Assembly: GCA_964016885.1 (NCBI GenBank)
Contig: OZ024744.1
Span: 19,716,001-19,780,000, forward strand
Direction of reading: 5' to 3'
DNA: 64,000 bases
Origin: Eledone cirrhosa
Taxonomy: Eukaryota
Positions within the stretch are counted from its first letter, which is position 1. Each line of letters begins with the position of its first letter. Under the pieces are notes generated by a model that was not told where the DNA came from, made no database searches, and saw only the letters and a program-made list of their open reading frames with translations. This document shows positions 28,897-41,217 of this stretch, piece after piece. The position numbers and the translations under genes were made by a program.

Positions 28897-28961
28897 CGAA
28901 TACCATCTCAACCGATATCTCCAAATCACAACTACGCTACCTATTGGTAATTGGTAAGGAT

Positions 28962-29190
28962 TTCTCAGGGAAGAATCGCTGGACAGATTTTTACAGGCAA
29001 AACCAGTCGGCAAGAGCCCCAGAGGTAGACCCTGAGAAGTAATATGGTTGGATAACATTCATATGAGCTTGGTTGGTCGCGCTTTAGGGATCCAGCCGGG
29101 TCAATAAGAGGTGGTTCCTTCAGACAGGACCTGCTGGAAGGAGTGTTTGAGGACTCTGCCCCCACGACCTGCTCAGGAATAAATGGAAGA
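28962..29190 (+). mobile_element. RTE-clade LINE 3' fragment
   Basis: Encodes KSPRGRP..WLDNI and LRTLPPRP, like the C-terminus of Expander/Rex3-type RTE. Homologous to 37830-38040. Confidence 0.75.
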
Positions 29191-29512
29191 AGATGAAGAA
29201 GAAGAAGAAGAAGAAGAAGAAGAAGAAGAAGAAGAAGAAGAAGAAGAAGAAGAAGAAGAAGGAGGAGGAGGAGGAGGAGGAGGAGGAGAATAAGGGGGGG
29301 GAGAAGAATAAGGAGGGGGAGGAGAAGAAGAAGAAGAAGAAGAAGAAGGAGAAGAAGAAGAAGAAGAAGAAGAAGAAGATGAAGGAGGAGGAGGAGAAGA
29401 AGAAGAAGAAGAAGAAGAAGAAGAAGAAGAAGAAGAAGAAGAAGAAGAAGAAGAAGAAGAAGAAGAAGAAGAAGAAGAAGAAGAAGAAGAAGAAGAAGGA
29501 GAAGGAGATGAA
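29187..29512 (+). repeat. (GAA)n/(GAG)n microsatellite, expanded RTE tail
   Basis: Begins directly at the 3' end of the RTE fragment. Confidence 0.9.
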
Positions 29513-29819
29513 GAGCTACATTATCTGATACCTATACAAAATAGAGTTTTATATCTAAATAGTCTTCCATATATCAAAATGTCCACTGTCACAGATTCAT
29601 AAGTAGATTTGGGCATACTTACAAACACATCACGATTATATATCCTACAGAGGGACACGGACACACAAACACGCTTAGGGAGACACTGAGATGTGTTATG
29701 AACTAAAGTTTGTTACATGCTCGTTTTGTTTTCATTTCGCCTGTTTCAGCTTCACATATGAAAATGTGTGAGAGTGTGTGTAGGTATGTGTGTGTGCGCG
29801 TAGTGTGTGTGTGCGTGTA

Positions 29820-30262
29820 CTGTATGTATGTACGTACACATACTTATAATTTAAGTATCAGCCGTACTAAGAGTGAGAAATGAAATTTAGTATCATTCTT
29901 TTCCATTTATCGTTTTCGGTACGCCCGGTCCACTAACTCACTCGTTATGCAAATTAGGCTGCTCAGCCGTTAATATGGATGAGGAAAGTATATACTTTCA
30001 AACGTTTAATCATCTGACAGAACGGTATACGATGCTGACGATAGCTAATAAGCTTGAAACTAGTTCATCGTTCCTGTGTCAGTGTTGAACAATAGGGCGA
30101 CGGTGGTTGCCGAACACTGTACGGCGTAATTCGTGCTGTTTGTTTACAAAAAACCGAACATTATAATAAATGTTCGGTAAACCCATACGTACATATATAT
30201 ATATATGTGTGTGCATGTATGTAAATATATATACATACAACTGTGCGTCTGTACACATATAC
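29820..30262 (+). mobile_element. Non-coding HHR-bearing element, copy B (circular permutation of 700-1168)
   Basis: Shares ctaagagtgagaaatgaaattt, ttatcgttttcggta, atgcaaattaggctgctcagccgttaat and the HHR with copy A, but in permuted order. Confidence 0.75.
30029..30071 (+). ncRNA. Minimal type I hammerhead ribozyme (GUU site)
   Basis: ACGATG CTGACGA T AGCT AATA AGCT T GAAA CTAG TT CATCGT. Confidence 0.8.
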
Positions 30263-30596
30263 AGTATGTGTGTGTATGTGCGTCTGTATGTCTGTGAGTG
30301 TGTGCATGTGACAGTGACATGAAGGAGTTCTAAGCTCTAAATCAAATTGCTAGCCGTGTCACTCTCTGTATCAAACACAATTTCCTTGACATCTACGGTA
30401 ACATGTACGTAGTTGTGGAATACTCAGCCATTTGCACATTTCCTTCATGAGGTGAAAAACAAACTACCGGAACGCTCATCGTCGAAAACGATAGAGGTCC
30501 AACTCATGTTCCTAAAGATTCCTGAATAGAATATTTTCTTTTCGCAATACCCAGTAGTTGACCAAACATGGATTACTTACCAGAAAATTAAATATT

Positions 30597-33500
30597 TACA
30601 GGAAGTTATGTTATATTAGTTTAGAAAACTATCAAGGAAGTTATGTTGCAATAGTTTAGAACACTGACAGGAAGTTATGTTACATTAGTTTACAACACTG
30701 ACATGAAGTTATATTACAATAGTCTACAACATTGACACGAAGTTATGTTACAATAGTTTACAACACTGATAGGATGTTATGTTACATTAGTTTACAACAC
30801 TGACAGGAAGTTATGTTACAATAGATTACAACATTGATAGGATGTTATGTTACATTAGTTTACAACACTGGCAGGAAGTTATGTTACAATAGTCTACAAC
30901 ATAGACAGGAAGTTATGTTACATTAGTCTACAAGATTGACAGGAAGTTATGTTACATTAGATTAGAACATTGGCAGGAAGTTATATTATATTAGTTTACA
31001 AAACTGACAGAACGTTATGTTACACTAGTTTAGAACACTGACAGGAAGTTATGTTACATTAGATTAGAACACAGACAGGGAGTTATGATACATTAGTTTA
31101 CAACACTGGCAGGAAGTTATGTTATATTAGTCTACAACACTGACAGTAAGTTATGTTACATTCGTTTACATAACTGACAGGAAGTTATGTTACAATAGTC
31201 TACAACATTGACAGGACGTTACGTTACATTAGTCTACAACACTAACAGGAAGTTATGTCACAATAATTTACAACACTGACAGGAAGTTATGTTACAATAA
31301 TTTACAACACAGACAGGAAGTTATGTTAATTTAGTCTACAAGATTGACAGGAAGTTATGATACATTAGATTAGAATATTGACAGGGAGTTATATTACATT
31401 AGTTTACAAAACTGACAGAATGTTGTTACACTAGTTCAGAACATTGAGAGTAAGTTATGTTACATTAGTTTACTACACTGATAGGAAGTTATGTTACATT
31501 AGTCTAAAACACTGACAGGAAGTTATGTTACATTAGTTTACAACACTGACAGGAGGTTATGTTACACTAGTTTAGAAAACTGAAAGGAATTTATGTTATA
31601 TTAGATTAGAACACAGAAGGAAGATATGTTACATTAGTCTACAACACTGGCAGGAAGTTATGTTACAATACACTACAACACTGACAGGAAATTATGTTAC
31701 ATTAGCCTACAACACTAATAGATGTTATGTTACATTAGTTTGCAAAACTGACAGGAAGTTATGTTACAATAGTTTACAACACTGACAGGAAGTTATGTTG
31801 CAATAGTTTAGAACACTGACAGGATGTTATGTTAAATTAGTTTACCACACTAACAGGAAGTTATGTTACATTAGTCTACAAGATTGACAGGAAGATATGT
31901 AACATTAGTCTACAGCAGTGACAGGAAGTTAAGTTACATTAGTCTACAGATTGACAGGAAGTTATGTTACAATAGTCTACAACACTGACAGGAAGATATA
32001 TTACATTAGACTACAACACTAGGAGGATGTTATGTTACATTAGTTTAGAAGACTGACGGGAATTATGTTACAATAGTCTACAACATTGACAGGAAGTTAT
32101 GTTACCTTATTGTACGACACTGGCAGGAAGTTATGTTACATAATTTACAACATTGACAGAAAGTTTATGTTACATTAGTCTAAAAGACTTAGAGGAAGTT
32201 ATGTTACATTAGTTTACAACAGACAGGAAGTTATGTAACACTAGTTTAGAAAACTGACAAGAAGTTTTGTTACATTAGTCTACAACACCGGTAGGATGTT
32301 ATGTTATATTAGTTAAGAACACTGACAGGATGTTATGTTAAATTAGTTTACCACAATGACAGGAAGTTATGTTATATTATTCTACAACACTGACAGGAAG
32401 TTATGTTACATTAGTGTACAACACTGACAGGAAGTTATGTTACATTAGTCTACAAGATTGACAGGAAATTATATAACATTAGTCTACAAGAGTGACAGGA
32501 AGTTATGTTACAATAGTATACAACATTGACAGGAAGTTATGTTACATTAGTCTACAACACTGACAGGAGGATATATTACATTAGACTACAACACTGACAG
32601 GATGTTATGTTACATTAGTTTAGACAACTGACAGGAAGTTATGTTACAATAGTCTACAACATTGACAGGAAGTTATGTTACGTTAGTTTACAACAATAAC
32701 AGGAAGTAATGTTGCAATAGTTTACAACACTGACAGGAAGTTATGTTACATTAGACTGCAACAGTTAAATGAAGTTATGTTAGATTAGTTTAGAACACTG
32801 ACCGGATGTTATGTTACAATAGACTACAAAACTGACAGGAAGTTATGCTACAATAGTGTAAAACATTGAGAGGAAGTTATGTTACAATAATTTACAACAC
32901 AGACAGGAAGTTATGTTACATCAGTCTACAAGATTGACAGTAAGTTAGGTTAAATTAGATTAGAACATTGGCAGTAAGTTATATAAGTTTACAAAACTGA
33001 AAGAACGTTATGTTACACTAGTTTAGAACACTGACTGTAAGTTATGTTACATTAGTTTACTACACTGATAGGAAGTTATGTTACATTAGTTTGCAACACT
33101 GACAGGAAGTTATGTTACACTAGTTTAGAAAACTGACAGGAAGTTATGTTACAATAGATTAGAACACAGACAGGAAGTTATGTTACATTAGTCTACAATA
33201 CTGGCAGGAAGTTATGTTACATTAGTCTACAACACTGGCAGGAAGTTATGTTACAATACACTACAAGACTGACAGGAAGTTATGATACACTACTTTAGAA
33301 AACTGGCGGACGTTATGTTATATTAGTTTAGAAAACAGACAGGAAGTTATTTAACATTAGTCTACAACACTGACAGGAAGTTATGTTACAATAGACTACA
33401 AAACTGACAGGAAGTTATGTTACATTAGCCTACAACACTGATAGGATGTTATGTTAAATTATTTTACCACACTGACAAGAAGTTATGTTATATTATTCTA

Positions 33501-36500
33501 CAACACTGACGGGAAGTTATGTTTCAATAGTTTACAACACTGATAGGAAGTGATGTTACGTTAGTTTAGAACACTGATCGGAAGTTATGTTACAATAGTT
33601 TACAAAACTGACAGGATGATATATTACACTATTTTACAAAACTGACAGGAAGTTATGTTACAATAGTGTACAACATTCAAAGGAAGTTATGTTACAATAA
33701 TTTACAAAACTGACAGGAAGTTATGTTACATTAGTATACAACACTGACAGGAAGTTGTTACATTGGTCTACAAGATTGACAGGAAGGTATGTTACATTAG
33801 TTTAGAATACTGACAGGAATTTATATTACAATACATTACAACACGAACAGGAATTTATGTTATAATAGTTTACAACACAGACAGTAAATAATGTTACATT
33901 GGTCTACGACACTAACAGGAAGTCATGTTACATTGGTCTATGACACTGACAAGAAGTTATGTTATATTAGACTAGAAGAGTGACAGGAAGTTATGTTAAA
34001 TTAGTTTAGAACACTGACAGGATGTTATGCTACATTTTTCGACAACCCTGACAGGAGGTTATGTTACAGTAGTTTACAGCACTGACAGGAAGTTATGTTA
34101 CATTAGTCTACAACACTAACAGGAAGTTATGTTACATTAGTCTACACCACTGACAGGAAGGTATGTTACACTACTTCAGAAAACTGACAGGAAGTTATGT
34201 TATATTAGTTTAGAACACAGACAGAAAGTTATGTTACATTAGTCTACAACACTGACATGAAATTATGTTACATTAGCCTACAACACTGATAAGATGTTAT
34301 GTTACATTAGTTTACAACACTGACAGGAAGTTATGTTACATTACACTACAACATTGACAGTAAGTTATGTTACAATAGTCTACAGCAGTGAGAGGAAGTT
34401 ATGTTACAATAGTCTGCAACATTGACAGGAAGTTATTTTACATTAGTTTAGAAGACTGACAGGAAGTTATGTTACGATAGATTACAAAACTGACAGGAAG
34501 TTATGTTATAATAGTCTAGAACACTGACAGGAAGTTATGTTACAATAGTCTAGAACACTGACAGGAAGTTATGTTACATTAGTTTAGAACACTGACAGGA
34601 AGTTATGAAACATGCAGAACACTGACAGGAAATTATGAAACATGCAGACTATACCGTTCCGTTTAATTTTACTTATGTTGCATTTCTATGAAACTTGGCT
34701 CTGTTTTCAGTTATGAATTGGTGACATAAAAGCTGAAGATTTATGGGGCACGCGATTTTTTAACATACAGACACATGGTTTACAATACTAACAGGAAATT
34801 ATTTTACAATTGTTTAGAACACTGATAGGAAGTTATATTATATTATTTTACAACTCTAACAGGAAATTATGTTACACTAGCATAGAACCCTGACAGGAAG
34901 TTATGATACATTAATGTACGACACTGACAGGTAGTTTTGTTACACTAGTTTACAACACTGACAGAAGTTTATGTTACATATGTCTACAACACTGACAGGA
35001 AGTAATGTTACATTAGTCTACAACATTGACAGGAAGTTATGTTACATTAGTCTACAACACTCACAGGAAGTTATGTTACATTAGTCTACAGATTGACAGG
35101 AAGTTATGTTACAATAGTTTAGAACACTGACAGGAAATGTTGTTACAATAATCTACAAGATTGACAGGATGTTATGTTACATTAGTCTACAACACTGACA
35201 GGAAGTTATATTACAATAATTTTCAAAATTTACAGGAAGTTATGTTATATTAGTCTAAAAGATTGACAGGATTTATGTTATATTAGTTTAGAACACTGAC
35301 AGGAAGTTATATTACAACACTGACAGAATTTTATGTTACATTTGTCTACAACACTGACAGGAAGTTATGTTACATTAGTCTACAACATTAACAGGAAGTT
35401 ATGTTACATTAGTCTACAACACTCACAGGAAGTTATGTTACATTAGTCTACAGATTGACAGGAAGTTATGTTACAATAGTTTAGAACACTGACAGGAAGT
35501 TTTGTTACAATAATCTACAAGATTGACAGGATGTTATGTTACATTAGTCTACAGCAGTGACAGGAAGTTAAGTTACAATAATCTACAACATTGACAGGAA
35601 GTTACGTTATAATAGTCTACAACACTGACAGGAAGTTATATTACAATAATTTTCAAAATTTACAGGAAGTTATGTTACATTAGTCTAAAAGATTGACAGG
35701 ATTTATGTTACATTTGTTTAGAACACTGACAGGAAGTTATATTATACTAGTATAGAACTGTGACAGGAAGTTATGATACATTAATCTACGACACTGACAC
35801 GAAGTTATGTTACAATAGTTTACAACACTGATAGGATGTTATGTTACACTAGTTTACAACACTGACAGACGTTTATGTTACAATAGTCTACAACATAGAC
35901 AGGAAATAATGTTACATTAGTCTACAACACTCACAGGACGTTATGTTACATTAGTCTACAGATTGACAGGAAGTTATGTTACAATAGTTTAGAACACTGA
36001 CAGGAAGTTATGTTACAATAATCTACAACATTGACAGGAAGTTATGTTACATTAGTCTACAACACAGACAGGAATTTATCTTACATTAATTTACTACACT
36101 GACAGGAAGGTATGTTACATTACTCTACAAGATTCACAGGAAGTTATGTTACATTACTTTAGAGCAATGACAGGAAGTTGTATTACATTAGTTTACAACA
36201 CTGACAGGAAGTTAGGTTACACTAGTTTAGACCACTGACAGGAAGTTATGTTACATTAGTCTAGAACACTGACAGGAAGTTATGTTACATTAATTTACAA
36301 CACTGACAGGAAGTTATGTTACATTGGTTTACAACACTTACAGTAAGTTATGTTACATTAGTCTACAACACTAACAGGACTTATGTTACATTAGTCTACA
36401 ACACTGACAGGAAATTATGATATATTGGTTTACAACACTCACAGGAAGTTATGTTACATTAGTCTACAACACTAACAGGAGTTATATTACAATAGTCTAC

Positions 36501-36640
36501 GACACAGACAGGAAGTCATGTTACCTTTGTCTATAACACAGACACAAAGTTATTTTACATTAGTTTAGAACACTGACAGGAAGTTATGAAACATTCAGAA
36601 CACTGACAGGAAATTATGAAACATGCAGACTATACCGTTC
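30597..36640. repeat. 34-bp satellite, ~170 copies, consensus ACAGGAAGTTATGTTACATTAGT(C/T)TACAACACTG
   Basis: Period 34 (for example 30666, 30700, 30734). Interrupted once by a unique segment at ~34630-34775. Confidence 0.97.
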
Positions 36641-36781
36641 CGTTTAATTTTACTTATGTTGCATTTCTATGAAACTTGTCTCTGTTTTCAGTTATGAATT
36701 GGTGACATAAAAGCTGAAGATTAATGGGGCACGCGATTTTTTAACATACAGACACGTGTGTGTATGTGCGTAAATGTGTGT

Positions 36782-36880
<99 letters not shown>

Positions 36881-37009
36881 CGCGCTGCGTGTAAAAAAGA
36901 AAGCAAGATTAAGTAACAGAGATATGTATTCGGTAATATATATATATATAGTTAGGATAATGTAGTTTAGCTGACAGAACTCGGTATTTTAGCATTTTGT
37001 TACGTTTAG

Positions 37010-37225
37010 CTCCGGATCTGTAGCTCTCGACCTTACCGCTGCATCCAGAATGTGGGAAGAAGCAAAAGAGTCACTAACTGTGACGTCCCGGGTAAGGCAC
37101 CTGCCTCTTGACCAGGAGCACAGAGTAATACTCTCACGTCTTTTCCGATCAATCCAGGACAAGCCAGACGGTTCCAAAATTGATGGGATGTTTGCCCGGG
37201 CCAAACCTCTTGAGTGGTAATAGGA
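37010..37225 (-). mobile_element. CRE-like (RLE-type) non-LTR retrotransposon fragment, endonuclease region
   Basis: GLARANIPSILEPSGLSWIDRKRRESITLCSWSRGRCLTRDVTVSDSFASSH resembles the EPxGL..DGKRPDGxTLxPW..G..LxWDVT motif. Confidence 0.7.
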
Positions 37226-37394
37226 CAGTGTGTCTGTGTGTGCTCGTGAGTTTGTCGGCGTTCCTAAATTAGAGACACGTGTGTGTGTCAATGTTTTTAA
37301 GTTAGACACATATATGTGTGCATCCCTTTCCTTCCTTTTACACACACATACATTCACACAAACACACATACACATTGCGTGGTGGACGGGTTGA

Positions 37395-38049
37395 CAGAAG
37401 TCCCTCAAATTTATATACATGTGAATGGTGTTCCACGGAAGCAGTTAGAGAGGTTCAAGTATCTTGGAGCCGTGTTCATTAGTAATGGAATGCAGGAGGC
37501 TGAATTAAGTGCAAGAATTGCAAAAGCTGATCCATTAATGCGCCAGCCTCAGCATTCAGCAAACAGAAGAAGGGGGGGGGGGGGTAAAACCAAACTCGCT
37601 GACTTCCCTGTATTCCTGCCAACTCTTACCGAGGATCATGAATCTTGAGTCATGGCCAAAAGAATACAATTGCAAATAAAAGCGGTAGAAATGGGGTTCC
37701 TATGAAGGGTCTTTGGAGTAACGTTACTCAATAAAGTGCATAACTCAGAGACCAGAGAGTCACTCCTGGTAGAACCGCTACTTCTCCGAATTGAGATATC
37801 ACAACTCCGATATTATGAGCATGTTGTTAGGATGTCTCAGTAAAGAATCGCTGGATAGATTTTGCATGGGACCCAGAGGTAGACCTTGAACAAGATAGTT
37901 GGATAACATCCATGAGCTTGGCTGGTCACGCTTTGGGATCCAGCTGGATCAGTTAAAGATGTTTGCTACTGACAGACCCGCTGGAAGGAGTGTTTGAGGA
38001 GGACTCTTCCCCCACAACCCTTTCAGAAATAAGTGGGCGAAGAAGAAGA
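37395..38049 (+). mobile_element. RTE-clade LINE 3' fragment, decayed
   Basis: QLERFKYLGAVFISNG..EAELSARIAKA and PTLT; ends in GAAGAAGAAGA. Confidence 0.85.
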
Positions 38050-38530
38050 TATTGTCAATTTACTTTTCAATTTACATGTATCTATATGCATATATATTTG
38101 CGTATAATATTTAATATGCACACTATATTTGCTAGCAGAAAACCGCCCGGGGGGCGATTTTTCTTCTCGTGACTCTTAATACAACTCGTACATAAATCAA
38201 AGTCAACTATCTCTTAATAGAAAATTTAAAGATGGGAATGCATTGTATAATAAATTTATTAATTTCATTAACTATTGCATTAGATACCCTTAACATTACC
38301 TGATTCCCAATGCTATGATACCTTTTATCTATTTTATCTTACATCTGTTTTTGCTTGTATCTTTTGCACATGTATTACCTTAAACAATATCTTTATATAT
38401 AATATGCTTAATGTTTCACTTTTCACCATTGCTCCTTATAATGGGTTTTCTGTAGCATAACATCCTTTTGTTACTCCTGCTTTTCTATAGGATGTCACTG
38501 ACACTGACAAGAGTTATGTATCTATATAAA

Positions 38531-38625
38531 TGTTCTGAAGACTAGGATTTTTTTAATTACCTGTTTAACCATTCTCTATGCTCCTATGGATCCAGACATT
38601 CATCTGGAAGATACAATTGTCAGCA
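38531..38625 (+). ncRNA. Degenerate hammerhead motif (long helix II; GAAA reads GATA)
   Basis: TGTT CTGAAGA, then ~68 nt, then GATA CAATTG TC AGCA. Palindromic helix III, GUC site. Confidence 0.4.
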
Positions 38626-38697
38626 ATTAAATGTATTAAACTAAGATTTGATTGTTTTATATTTTATATATATGATGTATAATAAACAATACAATAT

Positions 38698-38775
38698 AAT
38701 TACCTCATTACCAGAGGTTTCCCGAATAAGACGAATACAAGAAACGTCCTCATTCGTTCGTCAGACAAGGCAATT
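38698..38775 (-). ncRNA. Type I hammerhead ribozyme (inverted copy)
   Basis: Reverse complement of 39137-39214. Confidence 0.85.
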
Positions 38776-39136
38776 TAAAACATAGTTAAATGCCTTAGTA
38801 CCTGAGTCTGGATGTACGTTAACTCTATTATCTAACAATTTCTTTTTTCAACATATATTATATACGTATTTGTGGTCACACATACACTGATATGCTTGCC
38901 CTCATGTATGTACTTACGCACACATTTTTTCACTATACACATACATTTGTACATACACACATATGTACATTTGTGAGTGCATATACACACATTTATACAC
39001 ATACCTTAACTATATTTCCTTATTTTAATTTTATATATCTCTTGCATTACTTTTATTTATATTTATTTTTTTTTTTTTTGTCCGTTAAACTTTTGCCTTT
39101 CTTGAGGAGATTTTTCAATTATTTCACTATGTTTTA

Positions 39137-39214
39137 AATTGCCTTGTCTGACGAACGAATGAGGACGTTTCTTGTATTCGTCTTATTCGGGAAACCTCTG
39201 GTAATGAGGTAATT
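39137..39214 (+). ncRNA. Type I hammerhead ribozyme (GUA site), 11-bp helix I
   Basis: AATTGCCTTGT CTGACGA A CGAATGAGGACG..CGTCTTATTCG G GAAA CC TCT GG TA ATGAGGTAATT. All three helices pair. Confidence 0.88.
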
Positions 39215-39313
39215 ATATTGTATTGTTTATTATACATTAAATTTAGCTCTGGTACTTACATAGAGTACTCTTGACTCCTATGACTATTTCAATTTTCAAC
39301 GGAAACTTCAATA

Positions 39314-39351
<38 letters not shown>

Positions 39352-39745
39352 GTATAGGATTATCCTGGATGCAGTAATGGTTAATTACTACACTGGATAG
39401 AGTTGACGTACAGTGAGGGGTTACTCAACGAGTTATGGAAGAATAGTTGAAGAAACTCAGTTCCTGATCCTTCTGTATTCCGGAGTGTAGATAAAGAATG
39501 AATAATAACAGGTAGACATCATAAAAAGGTAATTTATTCTGTGGTTATACAGCCTAGTTATGCTATGTGCAAATTTATAACTATTTGCATAACTCAATTA
39601 TCAAATACTGTGACCACTGTATCCTCAGAGCAGAATGGTTAAAATGTAAAATGTAAATGCCCTAAAGGGAAGTTATTGGGAAGATAGAGTAGAAAAGGAA
39701 GACAGAAAGAGAGAGAGTGAGAGAGAGGGGGAGAGAGAAGGAGAT

Positions 39746-39785
<40 letters not shown>

Positions 39786-39786
39786 T

Positions 39787-39856
<70 letters not shown>

Positions 39857-40037
39857 GGGGTTGGAGAAATGGGAGAGAGTGGTTTGTAGAATATATATAT
39901 AATATGAATATAATGAGTCAGGACCCCGACGGTTAAGCTACGATACTTGTATGAGCAGCATCGAATACAGGACCGCCCTCTTATAAATAGCCTGTATTAT
40001 ATTAGAAATATAATAAATAACAATGGTATTACCTAAG

Positions 40038-40120
40038 ATTGTATCTGATGAAGTTGTGTTGGTAAATGAGTAATGGGTGCAATATGTATTTATTAACGCC
40101 ATAGAAATACCTATTACAAT
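40038..40120 (+). ncRNA. Degenerate hammerhead motif
   Basis: ATTGTAT CTGATGA, a 13-bp helix II GTGTTGGTAAATG/TATTTATTAACGC, then GAAA TACC TA TTACAAT. Helix III is damaged. Confidence 0.55.
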
Positions 40121-40250
40121 GAATTATGGAATATAATCAATTATGAATATCTAGCATTCCAATGTTTATCTTTATTGTATGAATACTCCGTCATTGATTA
40201 CCGAATCGTAATTAGAAGGATATATATGACGTTGAGTGCTTGAACAAATG

Positions 40251-40288
<38 letters not shown>

Positions 40289-40487
40289 AGAAAAACCACA
40301 GACCCTCCATCTCAACTCACCTTTTGAAAAGCAGAAGAAATGAGAAACCGGTAAAGGAACCGAATAAATATATATATATTTAAAAAAATAAGACTTCAGT
40401 TGCATTTTCGATTTCATCTCATTTTCTTTATACTTTCACTCGTGTAGGACACCTCGGTTATTTTTCATTTTGTAAAAAAAACCTCAC

Positions 40488-40528
<41 letters not shown>

Positions 40529-40573
40529 AAAGAATAGAGGTGTAACACACAAGTTATTATATATTGGTAAACG

Positions 40574-40767
<194 letters not shown>

Positions 40768-40979
40768 TTTCTGAATTTGTTTAGGAAGATTCTTTATCTG
40801 AAATCGTGTGTTGAAACCGATATTGTTATACTTTGGCAGGGTCATGTTGCCAATAAGAAACACACGCACCAGTTGCTTTCACTTCAATTTATTATTATAA
40901 TAAATTTATAATAAATTTATAAATTTATAAATTTCTGGTTGGTTGGTTGGTTCCACAACCAGATAGTTGTGTATATATT

Positions 40980-41022
40980 GTCATAGTTCTTTCGTCACAC
41001 ACTCTGTGACCTCTTCAGTGAC
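40980..41022 (-). ncRNA. Minimal hammerhead ribozyme (CUA site) in the PLE2 pseudo-LTR
   Basis: Minus strand: GTCA CTGAAGA G GTCACA GAGTG TGTGAC GAAA GAAC TA TGAC. Confidence 0.75.
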
Positions 41023-41217
41023 TGGGGATTCCTTTCTTTGTGCCTCTCCTTTGTTCTGTCCTACGCCATTTTGTTTCTGTGTGTGTGTTGTGTGCTCAGT
41101 CTGTGCATGCGCCACATCCGGGTGTCTGTGTGTGTTTATGTTCATTTATTTATTTGTTTATTTACATGTTACTGGGTGGTTGTTTGTTCTATGTGTGTGT
41201 GTGTTTTCATTTTGTCC

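Larger units (their letters stand above)
38675..39316 (+). mobile_element. Non-coding HHR element with a 117-bp inverted duplication of the HHR segment
   Basis: Arms 38675-38791 and 39121-39237 are near-perfect reverse complements; (TA)n at the 3' end. Confidence 0.8.

Noticed and set aside
27022-28957. 572-580-aa Thr/Ser-rich (mucin-like) and Leu/Pro-rich ORFs
   Set aside because: These are translations of a trinucleotide-based minisatellite, open in several frames and on both strands. There is no signal peptide, unique domain or splice context.
29193-29528. Poly-Lys/Glu ORF
   Set aside because: Translation of the (GAA)n tail.
30340-30510. Possible degenerate SINE 3' fragment (gtggaatactcagcca...)
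   Set aside because: Resemblance from memory only; no second copy, boxes or TSD in the window.
30597-36640. CRISPR-like periodicity of 34 bp
   Set aside because: Units are contiguous with no unique spacers, there are no cas genes, and the context is eukaryotic.
38128-38170. Helitron/HINE-like end (ctagcagaaaaccgcccggg)
   Set aside because: Too short, and no matching opposite end was found.
39535-39640. Possible further hammerhead on the minus strand (CTGAGGA TACAG...CTGTA, flanks ATTCTG/CAGAAT)
   Set aside because: The GAAA and helix III half is missing; at best a remnant, so it was not counted.
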